Of a DNA stretch of 64,000 nt, positions 12,480 through 24,698 are shown piece after piece. A program made the translations under genes and the position numbers. Source of the stretch: Raillietiella orientalis (taxonomy: Eukaryota); the NCBI GenBank assembly GCA_036172245.1, contig JAYWIR010000009.1, positions 2,294,001 through 2,358,000 on the forward strand, in the 5' to 3' direction. The first letter of the stretch is position 1. The number at the start of each line of letters is the position of its first letter. The notes under the pieces are model-generated. The model was not told the origin of the DNA. It saw only the letters and a program-made list of their open reading frames with translations, and searched no databases.

Positions 12480-13800
12480 TAAGAAGAGAATTCCGAGCGG
12501 GAGCTCCCGGGGCCGCTGGCGGTTCGGCAGCGCGAAACAGGGAGGTTCGGCCCGCCGTTTCGCGGAGCCGGTCGGCGCGCGCTGGCTACCCCGGCACCGA
12601 GAGCAGGGAGGGATAGGCGACCGGGAAGGCCGCCGTCACCGCTTCGGTCGCGACGTCAGCGCCGCGGCGGCGCTTCCGGCAGTTCAGGCCAGCCGCCGTT
12701 TCCCGGACCGATCTCTCGCCGTCGAGTCACTTCGCGAGGCGGCTTCCGGACCCCGGCGCTCCGTGCCCCTCTCCCTCCCCTTATTCGGGGTTACGGCAGG
12801 ATCGCTCCTTCGTCCCTCTTCCCTGAGGGGCGGCGGTGACTTCCACCCCGTCGGCCCGGGAAGCGCAGCCTCGGGGTCGCCTGAGGTCTGCGCTGCCGAA
12901 ATCCCACAGGGGGGCGCCAGGCGTTCCCAGAGGTCATCGGCGGGGCCGACCCTTCGTACGACCGCCTCTTTTCCCATGCCCTCGGCCCACGAAAATCTTC
13001 CTACCTTCGCGGTCGCCGCGCCCCCGCCTTGCATCTGTGGGTCGGATCGGGCGAGCTGCTGCTTTCTCTCGGAGCCTTCTTGCCGCGGAAGCTGTCATGG
13101 ACCAGAGGCGGCCTTAGAAGGTCCTGCCTCTCAGTCGCATGGATCCTCGGCAGTCCAGGGAGGGTGGTTGCCGCGGCGGCTCGGCTGGTTGCGGTGGTGG
13201 CAGAAGCTCTTCCCTAGAGGCGTAGGCACACGGAGGGGGGGCGCACGACGGAGGCACACAGGGACCGGGGAAGGAGGGAAAGGAAGCGGAAAAAAAAAAA
13301 AAAAAAAGGGGAGAGAGAGAGGATGCCGGGATGCACGGCGGGCGTCACAAGGAACGCATCTTCGCTAGTGAGGCCGCGCGGGAATGAGCTCGTGCATCCT
13401 CCTTGCCGGCTCGGGTTTCTCTCCCTCCCTCCCTCTTCCCCCCCCCCCCCTTTGCCTTCACTCCGCTGGCGGGATCACGAGTGACGTCAAGGGATACGGA
13501 TGGCAACCGGATTCCGGAAGTGAAGAAATATGGCCGTCGGGAGCCCTCCGCAAACGATGTCCATGTGAGTGCGTGCGTGGGCGTGTGTGCGCGCTCGGAA
13601 AGGCACCGGCGTGGACTGGGGCGGACCGGCGATGCTCGTGGGTCGGGGCGGGGAGGAGATCTGGGATCCCTGGGTGAAGGAGGGAAAAGGGGGGAGAAAG
13701 CCGGAAAAGCCGCCGTTCCCCGGACCGAGGTGAGCGGCGCGCAGGTGGCGCGCAGGAGCGCCATCTAGCGACGCGCACACGTGACGCCTCTTCCTGTCGT
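12480..13800. promoter_or_regulatory. CpG island, probable bidirectional Pol II promoter
   Basis: CRE TGACGTCA at 13482-13489, ETS CCGGAAGTG at 13514-13522 and YY1-like AAATATGGCCG at 13526-13536. There is a + strand donor GTGAGT at 13565 and a divergent minus-strand donor AAG|GTAGGA at 13004. Confidence 0.6.
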
Positions 13801-14695
13801 TGCGTTCGGGTGGCGGTGGAGGGGCGAAGGGAGGGATGGGGGAAGAAGTGCCTTCCTTTTCTCTCTCTTTCTCTCTTTTTTTTTGTTTCTTCTGCCCCCC
13901 GCTCTGCATGGAGGGCGCCCTCCCCCTGTGCGAGAATTCAGTGAGTAAATTTGGAACCGGAAGGAGGCGGCGCTGCTCCGGAGGATGGCAGGATCACGTG
14001 CTCTGCGGGAGGAGGTGATGCTGGCCCGAGTCCAGGGAGGAGGGAAGGGGAGGGGGAAGTGGAGGAAGAGGAAAAGAAAAACGCTCTCTTCGCCGCCTCG
14101 CGCGTATCGTTTTTCTACAGGACGAATATTAATGAGGTGGCAAGAATTGGGATAATCAACTTTTCTCTAAGCCCAAGTCCTCCGTGAGTCATCCGTCTGT
14201 CATCCTCCTGCGCCGCGTGCGCGACGGCATGGCCGGGATCGCTCCTGGAAAACCCCAGGGAAGCAGCAGGAGAAGGAGGAAGGAAGGGAGGAAGAAGAGA
14301 GGTGGAGCAAGGGAGTAGGAGGAAAGGAAGAGGAGGAGGAGGAAGAAAGGGAGTAGAAAGAGGAAAAGGGGAGGAAAGGAAGAGGAGGAGTAGGAGGAAG
14401 GGAGACTGGGGGGAAGAAGAAAGGGTTCCTTCAATCTGGACCCACCCAGTGATCCGCTCTGCTCTGCAGGCTCCCGCCATGGGAGCGCAGCCGTTGAACG
14501 AGCGCTGGCGAAAGAGCGACCTCTCACGGCGGGGGTCCACGTGCGTCCCCGGTCCAAATAAATCAGAGCTTTTCCGCAGCTTCCTCGAGACTTTATCCGT
14601 TGGGCGGAAGCTATTTTTGAGCTCCCGGATGCAGTGGAGATGCGCTCAACAAGCGCGGACAAACCTCCTGGCAGACGTCCCGAAATTCTGGTCCC
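13530..14695 (+). other. Candidate spliced transcript: exons ..13564, 14121-14183, 14470-14695
   Basis: All three donors are GTGAGT (13565, 14184, 14696). Acceptors are TTTTTCTACAG (14120) and CTCTGCTCTGCAG (14469). A strong-context GCCATGG lies at 14476-14482 and its frame is open to the donor. Confidence 0.45.
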
Positions 14696-14799
14696 GTGAG
14701 TCAGAGGTGATAAATACCACCGTTCCTTATCCTTTTATTGTGATTCGGATCCAGCGAGCGGATGCGTCTCGCGCCGGGGGCTTCCCCGCTGGAAGAAGC

Positions 14800-15260
14800 G
14801 CACTTCCCTTCGCCACCCCCACGTAGCCAACACACGAGGCCACAGATGATTCGTGATCCACGAGGCAGTCCTCGAAGGACACGGAGGTGAGCGTCGGGAA
14901 TCACACGCTCCGTCGGGATCTTTTGGTACAGCGCAACACCTGCGAGAACGGGGAAGGCAGACTCGCTTGGCGACATGGCTTCACGGTGCTGACGGTGTAG
15001 CCTCCGCGGGGTCACCATGAGACTACCACTCGTCCACCTACCCGGGTCGACTTCCTCCCCGAACCGAGGGACCGCGGCTGAAGGCGGGCGGGGGGAATCG
15101 CTCAGCTGGTTCACTCCAGCATCCCTGCTCGAGATCGTGACTGCTGCCGCGTTCTCGCTCGCTCCTATCCGAGCAGTGCACTCGCTGAAAGTGGCCCAGG
15201 TGCGTCCATCCCTTGTGAACGCCCCCACAGATACTGCATCGACTTGTTGAAGCACTGGTG
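14800..15260 (-). mobile_element. Decayed L1/Tx1-type LINE ORF1 remnant
   Basis: 'RTWATF...PRFGEEV..WTSG...KIP...LRVLRGLPRGSRIICG' resembles VTF...YGxV...TG...IP...VxYxGQPxxCxxCG. Confidence 0.45.
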
Positions 15261-16099
15261 ATCGCAGTAATTGTCCGAAGAGGTGTGTCTGGAAAAAACT
15301 CTACGCCTATTCTAACATTCTCCTGATGACGACTGGGCTCCGGGAAGTTTCACGGAATTTCAAGTGCCCGGGGATACATGCATGTGTTTTCTTTTTTCTT
15401 TCCAACGGAAGCTGCTCCGGTGACTTGCATTCATGATTTGCACTTTGGTGCTTCTCTTCCTGTCGTCTCTAAGAGACTTCCAGAAACTTTCCCGATTGCT
15501 GGGAGCGATCTGACGCTCGAAAAATACTCTCCTCTCCAAAGAGAGCTTTGCAATTTTTGTTTTGGCCGGAAAGAAGCCTTAGGCTCCACAGCATCATCAG
15601 ATGCTTAGCGGAAATGTGCTCAAAGAGTACAGCTTGAGTTATCTGGACCAGGACGTAGCAGCGCGAGCTACAAAGCCACAGAGCTCCATCAGCAAATGGA
15701 CTCTGATCCGACTCTTCAGCACTGCATTTCTCTGCTTTCAGAACCGCCGTTGTGATGATGGTAAAGTAGATGGCTTCAGTGGTCGTTCAGGCTCCTCACT
15801 GACCTCACTGCCTCCAGGTTTTCTTTCTGGAACAAGTACAAGTGAATGTGAGACCGCATTCAACAGCTGACCTCGGCGAGCCAGCTTCACATACGAGTGC
15901 GAACCTCAACAGCGGCGTGACTTTCTATTCTTTGCGAACCTTCTTCAGGCCGGTTAGCAGGACTCTGAAAGAGTGACACAGCGTGCGCACCAAGGCCCAC
16001 ACGGGGGCGAGATCGGAAATTCAGAGTTCCCTACTTTAGAGGAGGGGCGCCTTCCTCTCGAACCGTCCGGTGCTGTCCTCGCGGTGCAATATGAACCAC

Positions 16100-16480
16100 T
16101 TTTGCTACGTTGCAAAAGATGACGTCGTCGTATGAGCTCCAGATTCGCCTTCTGACTGAATCCATCATTCAGATGTCAAATGAGCGACTGCACGTGGATG
16201 AGAGAAGGGATCCGAGAATTCATCGAGTTCTGAAAAAACCGCGAAAATGAGGATCCCTGCACCATCCTATGATGACCACAGACAAACTGATGATCATCTC
16301 AAGGTACGAACCGGCATTTGCAAACCTAATAGACTCACAGGCATCGCAGTTGCGAACCCAGAGTATCCCCTGTTTCAAGCAACGCCCTTAATTTCGGCCA
16401 GTTTTGAGAGGGTAAACGAACAATGACATCATTTTGGTTTCCGAAGCATCAAATGCTCCTTGGCATTCCCAGAATCACTT
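16100..16480 (+). mobile_element. Decayed piggyBac transposase remnant (N-terminal half)
   Basis: 'MSSRF' (MSRxRF), 'DDHLKVRT' (DxLxKVRP) and 'VNEQ*HHFGFR' (VDEQMxxFxGR) occur in order. Confidence 0.5.
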
Positions 16481-17560
16481 CAATAAAAGCTATGTATGTA
16501 CAAGTACAATGCTATTGTTCCCTAAACTGTCAGAGGAATTTCCCTTTGGCTGGTGAATCCAGATGCAACTCATCAACTGAAGTTGGAGGCAACGAAGAAG
16601 GGATTGCGCGCCATGAAAGAAATGCTCACAGACTGAATGCTTGATGCTCTTCATGTCGACACACCCGAGCATAGAGAAACTCGTAGAGATGAGTTTCTAT
16701 ATTCTTCTTTGGGCACAGAATCAGATCCTGCCTCTTCGTGGCAAAGACTCACCAAACTTGTTTCGTGAACGAAATCAAGCCGGTCGACATTGGTCGTCAT
16801 CGTTTCGAGCTTAACAACTTTAAGCAGCACCATCTAAGTGGCCAGTCCTGTTCCTTCTGCGAAGGAATGAAGGACGCAAGATCGAGTCCTAGTGAACGAG
16901 GAGTGAGGACTTGATTTTTGCCTGTGAAGTTCTTTGAAGCTTTCCAACCCAGGAACTCTCGCACCCTCGACTTCAGCGATCTAAAAGAGGAAGGCTCACC
17001 TATTGAAGCTTCCAATATGAGTTCAGAAAGAAAGAGTCCTTAAAAACAAAGAAAACGAGAGAAGGTACCACGTCTTTTGAGGAAGACCTCACGAAAATGC
17101 GAAACTACCGCCACCTTCCTTAAATATCAGAGTTGCTCTTCGTCTGTTTCGAAGAACTCGATTTCTCAAGCGGGTGAGATAATGAGATGTAGTGATCTCT
17201 TCGTGGACTAATTAGGAGGAAGAAACTATTTTTAACCCGATACTACAAAATGGATCGGCATGATGCAATGCGGCTCAAGACTCGTTCAGAAAGATACACA
17301 ATGTGGAGCCCATGAAGATTCCGGATGGGGTCGGAACCTGACGATCCAGACTTGGAGTGCGCAGGCCGCGGGCGAGCATCCGTCCAAATGAGATAATGAG
17401 GCGGAGGAAAAGCTGGGAAAAAGACAAGGAGGAAAGTGAAGCGTCGTTCACACGGAACCACCATTTTTAAAACAGGGAAGCCCGTTTTATCAGCAGAATC
17501 TGGGGGGAAGAGCTTGGATTTTGCCAAGGTGATCCCGCGACTTCACTGGGAAAAGCTTGC
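16480..17560 (-). mobile_element. Decayed piggyBac transposase remnant
   Basis: 'KMVVPCERRFTFLLVFFPAFPPPHYLIWTDA' (MVPFxGRxxF..YxPxKP...IW), 'GLHIVYL', 'LGWKASK' (WKDxK) and 'MTTNVDRLD' (MGGVDRLD). Confidence 0.6.
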
Positions 17561-17949
17561 TGCTTGTGCCGTTTCCAGAGAGACACCGGAATTACTGAAG
17601 GCAGTCAGACGGAATCGCGGCTGGCAAAAATCCACGCTCGGGAGAGGAAAGACGAATGCGGAGAATGTGACCAAAGGGAGGTGCGCAGTGACGGTCCTTC
17701 TCTTCTTAGAGTGCTTGTCTTCTGGAAGCAGATGAGGAAGGTGCGCTAAACATCAGCCGGACAGAGGAAAGTTAGTTGGATGTCTCTGAGAGATTTCCTG
17801 GTTAGGAATTCGAAATTCAGAGATGGCAATTAATTTAATTAAAATTTCATGAAAAATGAAAGTGGAAAAAAAAAAAGAAAAAAAAAGGGTCTCCCTTGCC
17901 CCCTCCTTCCCCTTTTTGCGAAGAATCGGCATACTGTCGCCGCACGCTC

Positions 17950-19050
17950 GAAAGGGTTGACTCCCCGAAGCGATTTTCCATGTTCCGGGTTGCGCGAGGG
18001 AGACAGCGCAGTTGCGTCATCTGGATGCACCTTTTCGTCATAAAGAAAACTTCACCCAGCGCATTGCGTCACCCAAAGTTCAGGAGATCCCATGGAGTCA
18101 AGCAGGGAATGAGCCGACGCAGGCCTCCGCTCAGCTCTCAGACAAAAAGTCGGTGCACGCTGTTGGTTTTTGCTCAAGAGCTGAGGCCCCGTTGTCTTTT
18201 TTGTACTTTGGCAAGTCACCCGCTTACCTCCACGCCCCGGATCGGAGGAACCAGGCGGAGGCGACTGCGGCTGGGAACCGAAAGCCCCCGCAGCAGTTTG
18301 ACTCTTCGATGTGCAAAGAGATCGACTGCCCCGCCGAAGACGCGTTCTGATTCTTCTGAGAGTTCCTCGAGAGTCACGTGCCGTGTCATCTTGCTGCTTA
18401 CCGTTGTCATCCACGTAAAACAGAGGTCTGTTTCCATGGTAGGTTCAGGAGTAGTTCCGTATGGTTTCCCATCTGCGAAGCACGCCCCCAGTGTTTGGTG
18501 GTGTCGAACCTCCGTATCTGGATGAGGCAGGTGCTGCCGGTTTCTTCGTGCGGTACCAAGTTTCGAGTTTCGAACAAGTTTCGTGTTTCTCTCCCTCCTC
18601 TTTTTTTCATGCGAGGATGCATTTTGGCAGTCCTGTCTGTATCCCCTTGAGCATTCCCGGAAACCTGCATGCTGCAGGCAGTATTCACTGAGACTTGCTC
18701 ATCATCTTGTGTTTGCGACCCTGGTCAACGTCAGCTCTACTTCTGCGGGTGCCATCGTGCTTTCATCAGCCTGGGGTCCAGGTAACGAGGAAGTACTGCA
18801 GGATTCCTAAGGAGATTGGTGGTTTCGTGCAGCCGGCACTCCAGAGACATCTATGAAGTCCAAGTCTCACGCGGAAAACCGACAGCCAGATGGAGCCGGA
18901 GAATACCAGTGGTCAGCTTTCTCGAGACGGAGGACAGGTAGCATGATGAGGGACGACGAGCGCCCCAGATGAACAGAGAAAGAATCCTGGAAGAATGTCA
19001 AGAGTCCCTCCTGTAATGTGTCATCTAATTGAAGGACGCCGCTCCATTGC
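17950..19050 (+). mobile_element. Decayed LINE reverse transcriptase remnant (L1/Tx1-like)
   Basis: 'KFRRSHGVKQG' (RGVRQG), 'LLVFAQE' (position of YADD) and 'FGGVEPPYL' (GGLGxP). Confidence 0.45.
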
Positions 19051-19410
19051 CTTTTGGTTGCGAACCTGCATCCGTCACCTTACCACCACGCTCACCAGCC
19101 TGTGCTTCTAGCTGTTACTCAGTGAGACTCGTTGAAGAGTCCACGCTTTATGTTGAAGACTGAAACATCCACGGCACCCGCCAAAACGTCAAAACTGCAA
19201 ATGGGTGTGGAGACTGTTGTCGAAGTTTCTCTCATTCTCGGCGGAGAGAAAGAACGGCCGCGTTCCCCTCGCAGGAACGCTTTCGGAAGTGAATTTCCGG
19301 CGACGGCGCCAGACGTTCCGTATCGTTTGGTCGCACCACGGCCCGGCGCGCCTCCAGCGTTGCGTCAGCATCCCGTGCGTGTTTCGACGTTCGTTTGGCC
19401 GCTCACCGAG

Positions 19411-19480
19411 CTGGCTGGATTCGAACCCGCGACGTTCGGGGCCATGCGCAGAGAACGCAGCCGCGCGGCCTGCGCTGGCA
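19411..19480 (-). mobile_element. tRNA-derived SINE head (or tRNA pseudogene)
   Basis: Minus strand reads GGCCGCGCGG (A-box-like) ... CGTCGCGGGTTCGAATCC (B box). It does not form a full cloverleaf. Confidence 0.6.
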
Positions 19481-19899
19481 GCCCTGTGGCTACGGCCATC
19501 CCGTTATTCTCCAGATTGCTTTTTCACGAAATCAGCAGCCGTGAATTTTTGCTTTGTCTAATTTTTGTGCCTTTCCGATGCGAGATGTTGTATCGCGGAC
19601 CGAGATTCGATTAGAGAGCACTCACTGCTCCAGAAGGAAGTTGGGAATGCTGGCGCCTGTTTATAAATCACCAGCGCCAGAGGAGAGAGTTTTCATGCTT
19701 CTAACGCTCGGTCTTCCCCAAACCCCCCCGGGGCAAACTTGGATTCCATGTACTCCCATTTGCTGCAGAGGGAATCCTAGTTTCATCATGCTCTTATCTC
19801 CTTCCACGAAGAAGTCCTCACTTTCAAGTGTAGAACTTCCCGCCCTTTCCCAGGCGGCAGTGCCTTACTCTCCATCATTTTGTCTTCTTATGTGTTTAT

Positions 19900-20480
19900 C
19901 GCAGCGAGGCTTGAGGTAAATGTTCCGGCGTGACCTCTTCTTGCATTGCGGGGCCATTTATTCAGGCTGTTCACAATCGTCATTGACGTTTCCCTTGGTC
20001 CCGCATACCAAGCTAGGCCGTTCCACTGTGGCGGTCGTCGCCGCTCGCACGTGGCAGGAAACGAATCACCGGCCAGGAGGAGCAGCCGCTGAGCCTGGAG
20101 ATGCGAGCACGTCTTCGAACAAGTCCCTCGGGGCGGCATCACGGAACCAAAGCGCTTCCATCCATGACGCAACAGCATCCAAGCGGTACGTGCGGAAGCT
20201 TCTCTGCTGCGCAGCAATGGGGTGGGAATGCCCTTTGGAGACTCCGGGACGCTGGCGACATTCCTCATTTCGGGGGAGGAAGCAACCGAGTAACCGGGCA
20301 ACTCCGGCACAGCCAGGTGTCGCGTATTTCTTGCAGAAGGTGTGGTTGACCATTTTTCCATTCGGAGATTCCTTCCAAGCTTGTCCAAGACAGCTGTTGC
20401 TGACCGCTGGGTGGGCACTACGATACGCTGACAGCATCAAATCCCCAAGCAGGCAATGCAGAAAGAGTGCATTTCGCGGG
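19900..20480 (-). mobile_element. Decayed LINE APE-endonuclease remnant
   Basis: 'CLLGDLM' (LGGDFN) and 'LGQAWKESPNGKMVNHTF...VARLLGCFL' (LxDxWR..P...YTF...SRLDYFL). Confidence 0.55.
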
Positions 20481-20499
20481 GTTCCTGAGGGCCTTCCAC

Positions 20500-20900
20500 A
20501 AGGCGTCATTTCATCTTCTCCGAAGGGAACCCGGAAAGGATCCGCTTGTAGGAATTTCTTCTCCGGAGGGAACCCGCAAGGGAACCGCTCCTGTTCACTC
20601 CTCTGAAGAGAACCCCGAAGGGACGCTTCCGAAACTAAGAAGGGGCGCTGCAGCTTCCCGCAGGGAATCGCTCTCGCTTGCTTCCTTGTGCACTCTGTGA
20701 AGAGTGCGACGACTCGGAGGGTCCCCCCCGCAACAGGGGGGTCCGCTCCTTTGAACAACTGGAGAGGTGCCCGTGAGGGCTCCTGCTCCATCTTGAAACC
20801 GGCGGGATCCCCCGGTGAGGGAGGTCCGCTCTCCGTTGTACGACCGGAGGGAGAACTCCCCACTCCTTTATTCCTGGAAGGACCCGAAGGTCGACTCCCA
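20500..20900 (-). repeat. Unclassified dispersed repeat, copy 3 of 3
   Basis: 'EASLRGSLQR...GFPPE' is shared with copies 1 and 2. Confidence 0.7.
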
Positions 20901-21027
20901 TTGTTCCGGCCTTCATCGGGGGCCTCCGGCTTAATCCACCGCCGGTGCCACGCCCGAATGTCTCTGCCAACCAGCAGCATTGCAGGAGAAACTCGGAACT
21001 CGACGACGCAGTGGCGTCAGAGTTTCT

Positions 21028-21095
21028 GCCGAAGTATTCGAACCCGCGACGCACGGTGCCACACGCGGAAGCCTCAACCACAAGGCCTCCGACGC
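21028..21095 (-). mobile_element. tRNA-derived SINE head (second copy)
   Basis: Minus strand reads GGCCTTGTGGTTGAGGCTTCCGCGTGTGGCACCGTGCGTCGCGGGTTCGAATAC. It shares CGTCGCGGGTTCGAAT with 19411-19480. Confidence 0.6.
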
Positions 21096-21449
21096 GGGCC
21101 TCCGACAAAAGGCGTCATCGGTTCTGTTCCACCCCTGCGATGTGATCGTTCTGCCTGGTTTCGGCTCGCTCTGGAACCTCACATTCGAACCTAAAGGGAA
21201 GAAAAGAACCGTCACTGGTGGACACAAACACCCTGCTGCCCATCTCCTGCCGCCAGCTCGTTCTGATGGAGGAAACCATGACTTCTCTTTGCATTCGAGC
21301 GCGGAAACTTCCTAGTAAATGCCAATGAAGCAAAAACTCGATAATTGGGAAACCTATCCCAGTTGGAATGACGAGCTCGGGTCGCGAAATGGAGGTCGAT
21401 CCTCCAAAAAGGATGTACAGATGAGAACTGAGACACGGAAGAGAACGCC

Positions 21450-22440
21450 GCACGAACAAAATAATTTCGTAAATGCATTCAGAGTAGCGAGATCCTCTTC
21501 CCTCAATACGATGGCCATCGATGGTAGCTGGATTGTAAGAATCCAGTTGATGAACTATGGCTGGGTTTGGAGACAGGGCGTAACGTACAAAGGAAATTCG
21601 AATTTCGAGCGGTCCAGGATCACAAATCTTTCCATCCGCTTTGTGATTGCGATGGAGATGCAGTTAGAGTCTTCTTCAAAGAAATCACCAAAAGATTTAA
21701 AGCAGTTCTTGAAGGACTTGTGCATGCGAGCTCCAAAGTCTTGGAGTCCCGTCTACCTAGAGCAGGTAGCGTGGCTATCCTGGATGGCTACCATCTCAAA
21801 TCGGATGAGCTTCAAACAGGACAGCTGCATCCGAGAGCGTCCGATCAGTGTCTTCCAGGCAGAGACTTTTAAGGAGCTCGTGGTGTTCGGAGAATCGTGA
21901 GAGTCGTCTCTTGGTAAGAAAATCGCTCCGAAGCATCAAGTTTGCAGGTAGCTGCTCATTAGAGTTTTCCGGCAGTTGAGCAAACACGTTGAAGAAGGAA
22001 CGCCTCAATGATGAAACCATTGACCTCAAACAGAATTGCATCCACGCATCTCATCCTCACACGGGGATTCATCAAATGGGAAAACAGCACCCTTTGCTTC
22101 GACGTAAGATGCGAAAAACGAAGAGGGGACGAACGAATCGATCTTTCTACCCACTCAGTCCCTTCGAAAAATGGCACAAGGAAAGTAAGAAATCAAAGAG
22201 GAAACAGACAGATAGAAAGAGAGCACCAATCAAGAAAATTTCTGCGAGCACCTCGGGATAAAATTCTTAGCAGAGATCGTTGGTTTCGGAATAAAAACAG
22301 AGCACTTTGCCTGAAGGGTCGTATCCTGTTGCTAAGTGCAGCCCGTAGCTCAACAGGAAAACAAGTGGTGCCATACTGCAGAGCTCGTTGCTGCCCTGAA
22401 TTTCCTTTTTATAGGGAAGCGATGCTGAGTACCATCCATA
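21450..22440 (+). mobile_element. Decayed piggyBac transposase remnant
   Basis: 'FERSRITNLSIRF' (MSRxRF..I..LRF), 'NTLKKER' (GTLRKNR), 'RRGDERIDL' and 'EKWHK' (GGVD..D / KW), plus a Cys-rich tail. Confidence 0.45.
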
Positions 22441-23269
22441 AAATCTGATCACGAGCATAGTTGGTTCCCAGCTTCAGTAACCTACATGGATCGAACTTGG
22501 GTTTCCGTTGCAGTCTTTGCACTCGTAAGAGCACTCGTAAGCCTCATTCAGCTGAGTGCATTTATTCTCTGGATGAGAGTCTCCAACTTGGGACACAGTA
22601 AGCCTTGATTTCTATGGAGACGAGAATCGAGGGAGGAATGCTGCCGCTGCCCAAATCACTTTTCCGCATTGGGTTTCCAGGGAGGCGAGCGGTCAACTCG
22701 GTGCACATAAACTGTGAGGGGGTTTCGGGTCGCCTTCCGAGATCGGCTTGTGTAGCAGCGTGCAAGATCTTGTGGTACTCATGAGGCTTAGGATTCGAAA
22801 GGAAACAGAAAAAATTGCTCCTCCGGATGCAGTCCGCAAGCAGCCTTCACATTCTCTCCGGTTTGTTCTCAACGTCTCTTGAAATACCCAACTCTCGTTG
22901 AGGGGATTCGGCTTTGCGGACTGCCCTTCCTGTTATTGGTGGTGGTCGTGTTCCACGCTGGCCTTCTCTACTACTGAGCCCCATCGTTCTTGCATGGCTT
23001 CCCTTTGGTTACTCGGATTTCATCGCCTTCCACCAGAGCACGCGCCTCATGCAGCATGAAAGATTCCAAATCGTGAGGTATCAAACGTTTGAGTTCAGTG
23101 ATGATGAGGTTATTTAAAATGACATTTTGACATGTTGACTTTCACAGTGAGCTTCTTGCACTGCCTCCCGCCATTACCCGGCGCGTGACGCTGGAATTTG
23201 TTGTGTTATTTAAGAAAAAGCTGGATTCAAAGCTAATACCTCATCGCCGGTCCGTACAATTTTTCCTCC

Positions 23270-24180
23270 TTGAACGGGAATACTTTTTATCACCATCCTC
23301 AACCGGTGGTGCTGTACCACTCTATTCTTGTCCTTTTTTTCGAACGTGCTGCTGAGCCTTTCATTCACGGTGGCAACTCAATTCAAGTTTTCGTTGGTAC
23401 TCTGTTCTTCATCTTCTGCAGAGACGACTTGGCGTGTCTCTCACGTTACATCTCTCTGAAGAAAAATACGAAGCTGGCAGGAAAACCTCTGACGCCTCAG
23501 TATTTCTCTTTCACTTTACCTTTACTCCTCCAATCTTGCCTGTAGCATCCGAAAGAGAAGATTGAATCTGATGGGCGTTGAACTTTGTTGACCACGTGTC
23601 TTTGGATTCTCACATCTCCTCCACAATTCAGAATGGCTCCACTGATTTCTGCCTCACGAGTCTCCTGCGGTTTCTTAATCCAAGTGATTTCGAGGCGGCA
23701 ACCACGGAGCGTGCGAAGCTGACTGGACGCAAGCACGTGGGCTGCAAGACGTTGAAAAAGCAAGTGGCAGCCACGTGGAGCACGCGAGGGTGCTGCCACT
23801 TGAGATGCCACACCAGATGTGTCGTGATGCTGCATCGCTACCGACCAGGAAGGGTGGCTCTAGAGGATTATTCGTCGCTACCAGAAGAGTAGGGAGCAAG
23901 CTGTCTTCCCGATGCCTGGAGGAGAAGAGCACTCGATTGGCCTCTTCGCAAGCCACGGACGGATCTGCTCGCTATCCGTGGCAAGCGGCTGACCACCATG
24001 GTAAAGCATGTGCGCATCCGCGGAGAACGCTCAAGAGTCGAACCGAAAGCATGTCCGGCGATGATTGCGTTTCTGGAAATGCAACAAATTCTGCAGATTT
24101 GTCCATTCTGTTTATTCTCCTTCAGAAAAATGCAAAACACAAAGTGCCATGTCTTTCTGAGGACGAAAGTGAAGTCCATT
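23270..24180 (+). mobile_element. Decayed piggyBac (PGBD2/3-like) transposase remnant
   Basis: 'PFIHG', 'FKFSLVLCSS' (FGxKxWxLCSS), 'HVSLDSHISS' (HVxxDNYFTS), 'KTLKKQ' and 'HVRIRGER' (YRxxIRxKKW). Confidence 0.5.
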
Positions 24181-24391
24181 AGAAATTTTGCATCTTCATC
24201 CCCCCTCCCCCTCCACCCAAGAATCTATTCTATTCTTCTGGATTCTTCACCCGTTTACCACCCACGCACAAGTGAGGCTGTCGATAGATTTTATAATCAC
24301 CACTTCTTGGAATGCCTTCAAGATATTCTTGGCTACTGATTCCTCTTTGACCGCATCTACGCAAATTTTTCTCCCTTTCTCAGGGTCATGA

Positions 24392-24698
24392 CCCCCCCCC
24401 CCCCAAATCCCCAAGGCTCGATGGAGGGCAAACCAAAGACTCCGTTCCAAAACGCTCCTACGTGTTCCAGAAATGGTAAGTGAAGGATGTGATAATTAAG
24501 GAAATGATCCCAGAGATAATTAAGGAAATCCCGGAGAGAAGTGCATCCGTTATGATTAGAAACACGAGGGAGATACGATGGAGTCAGAGGTCATCAATCT
24601 TTTCGACAAAGGAACGAACTCTGCAGAAGACTAAAGTTCAGCATCCAGGAAGTGGAAAATCTTCTTGCAGTTCTGGAGGAGCAAATCTCTCATTATGA
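24392..24698 (+). repeat. ~310-bp dispersed repeat, copy A
   Basis: Closely similar to the reverse complement of 29679-29989, including an internal duplication of GATAATTAAGGAAAT. ORF-track peptides are nearly identical (MKDVIIKEMIPEIIKEIPERSASVMIRNTRE versus MKDAII...). Confidence 0.92.

Noticed and set aside
12073..13368. Longest ORF (431 aa, +)
   Set aside because: Non-ATG start, Arg/Pro/Gly/Ser-rich with no domain, overlaps a repeat and a CpG island, and crosses an A-run. This is typical of stop-poor GC-rich DNA.
19411..21095. Functional tRNA genes
   Set aside because: B boxes are present, but the stems do not form a full cloverleaf. Treated as SINE heads.
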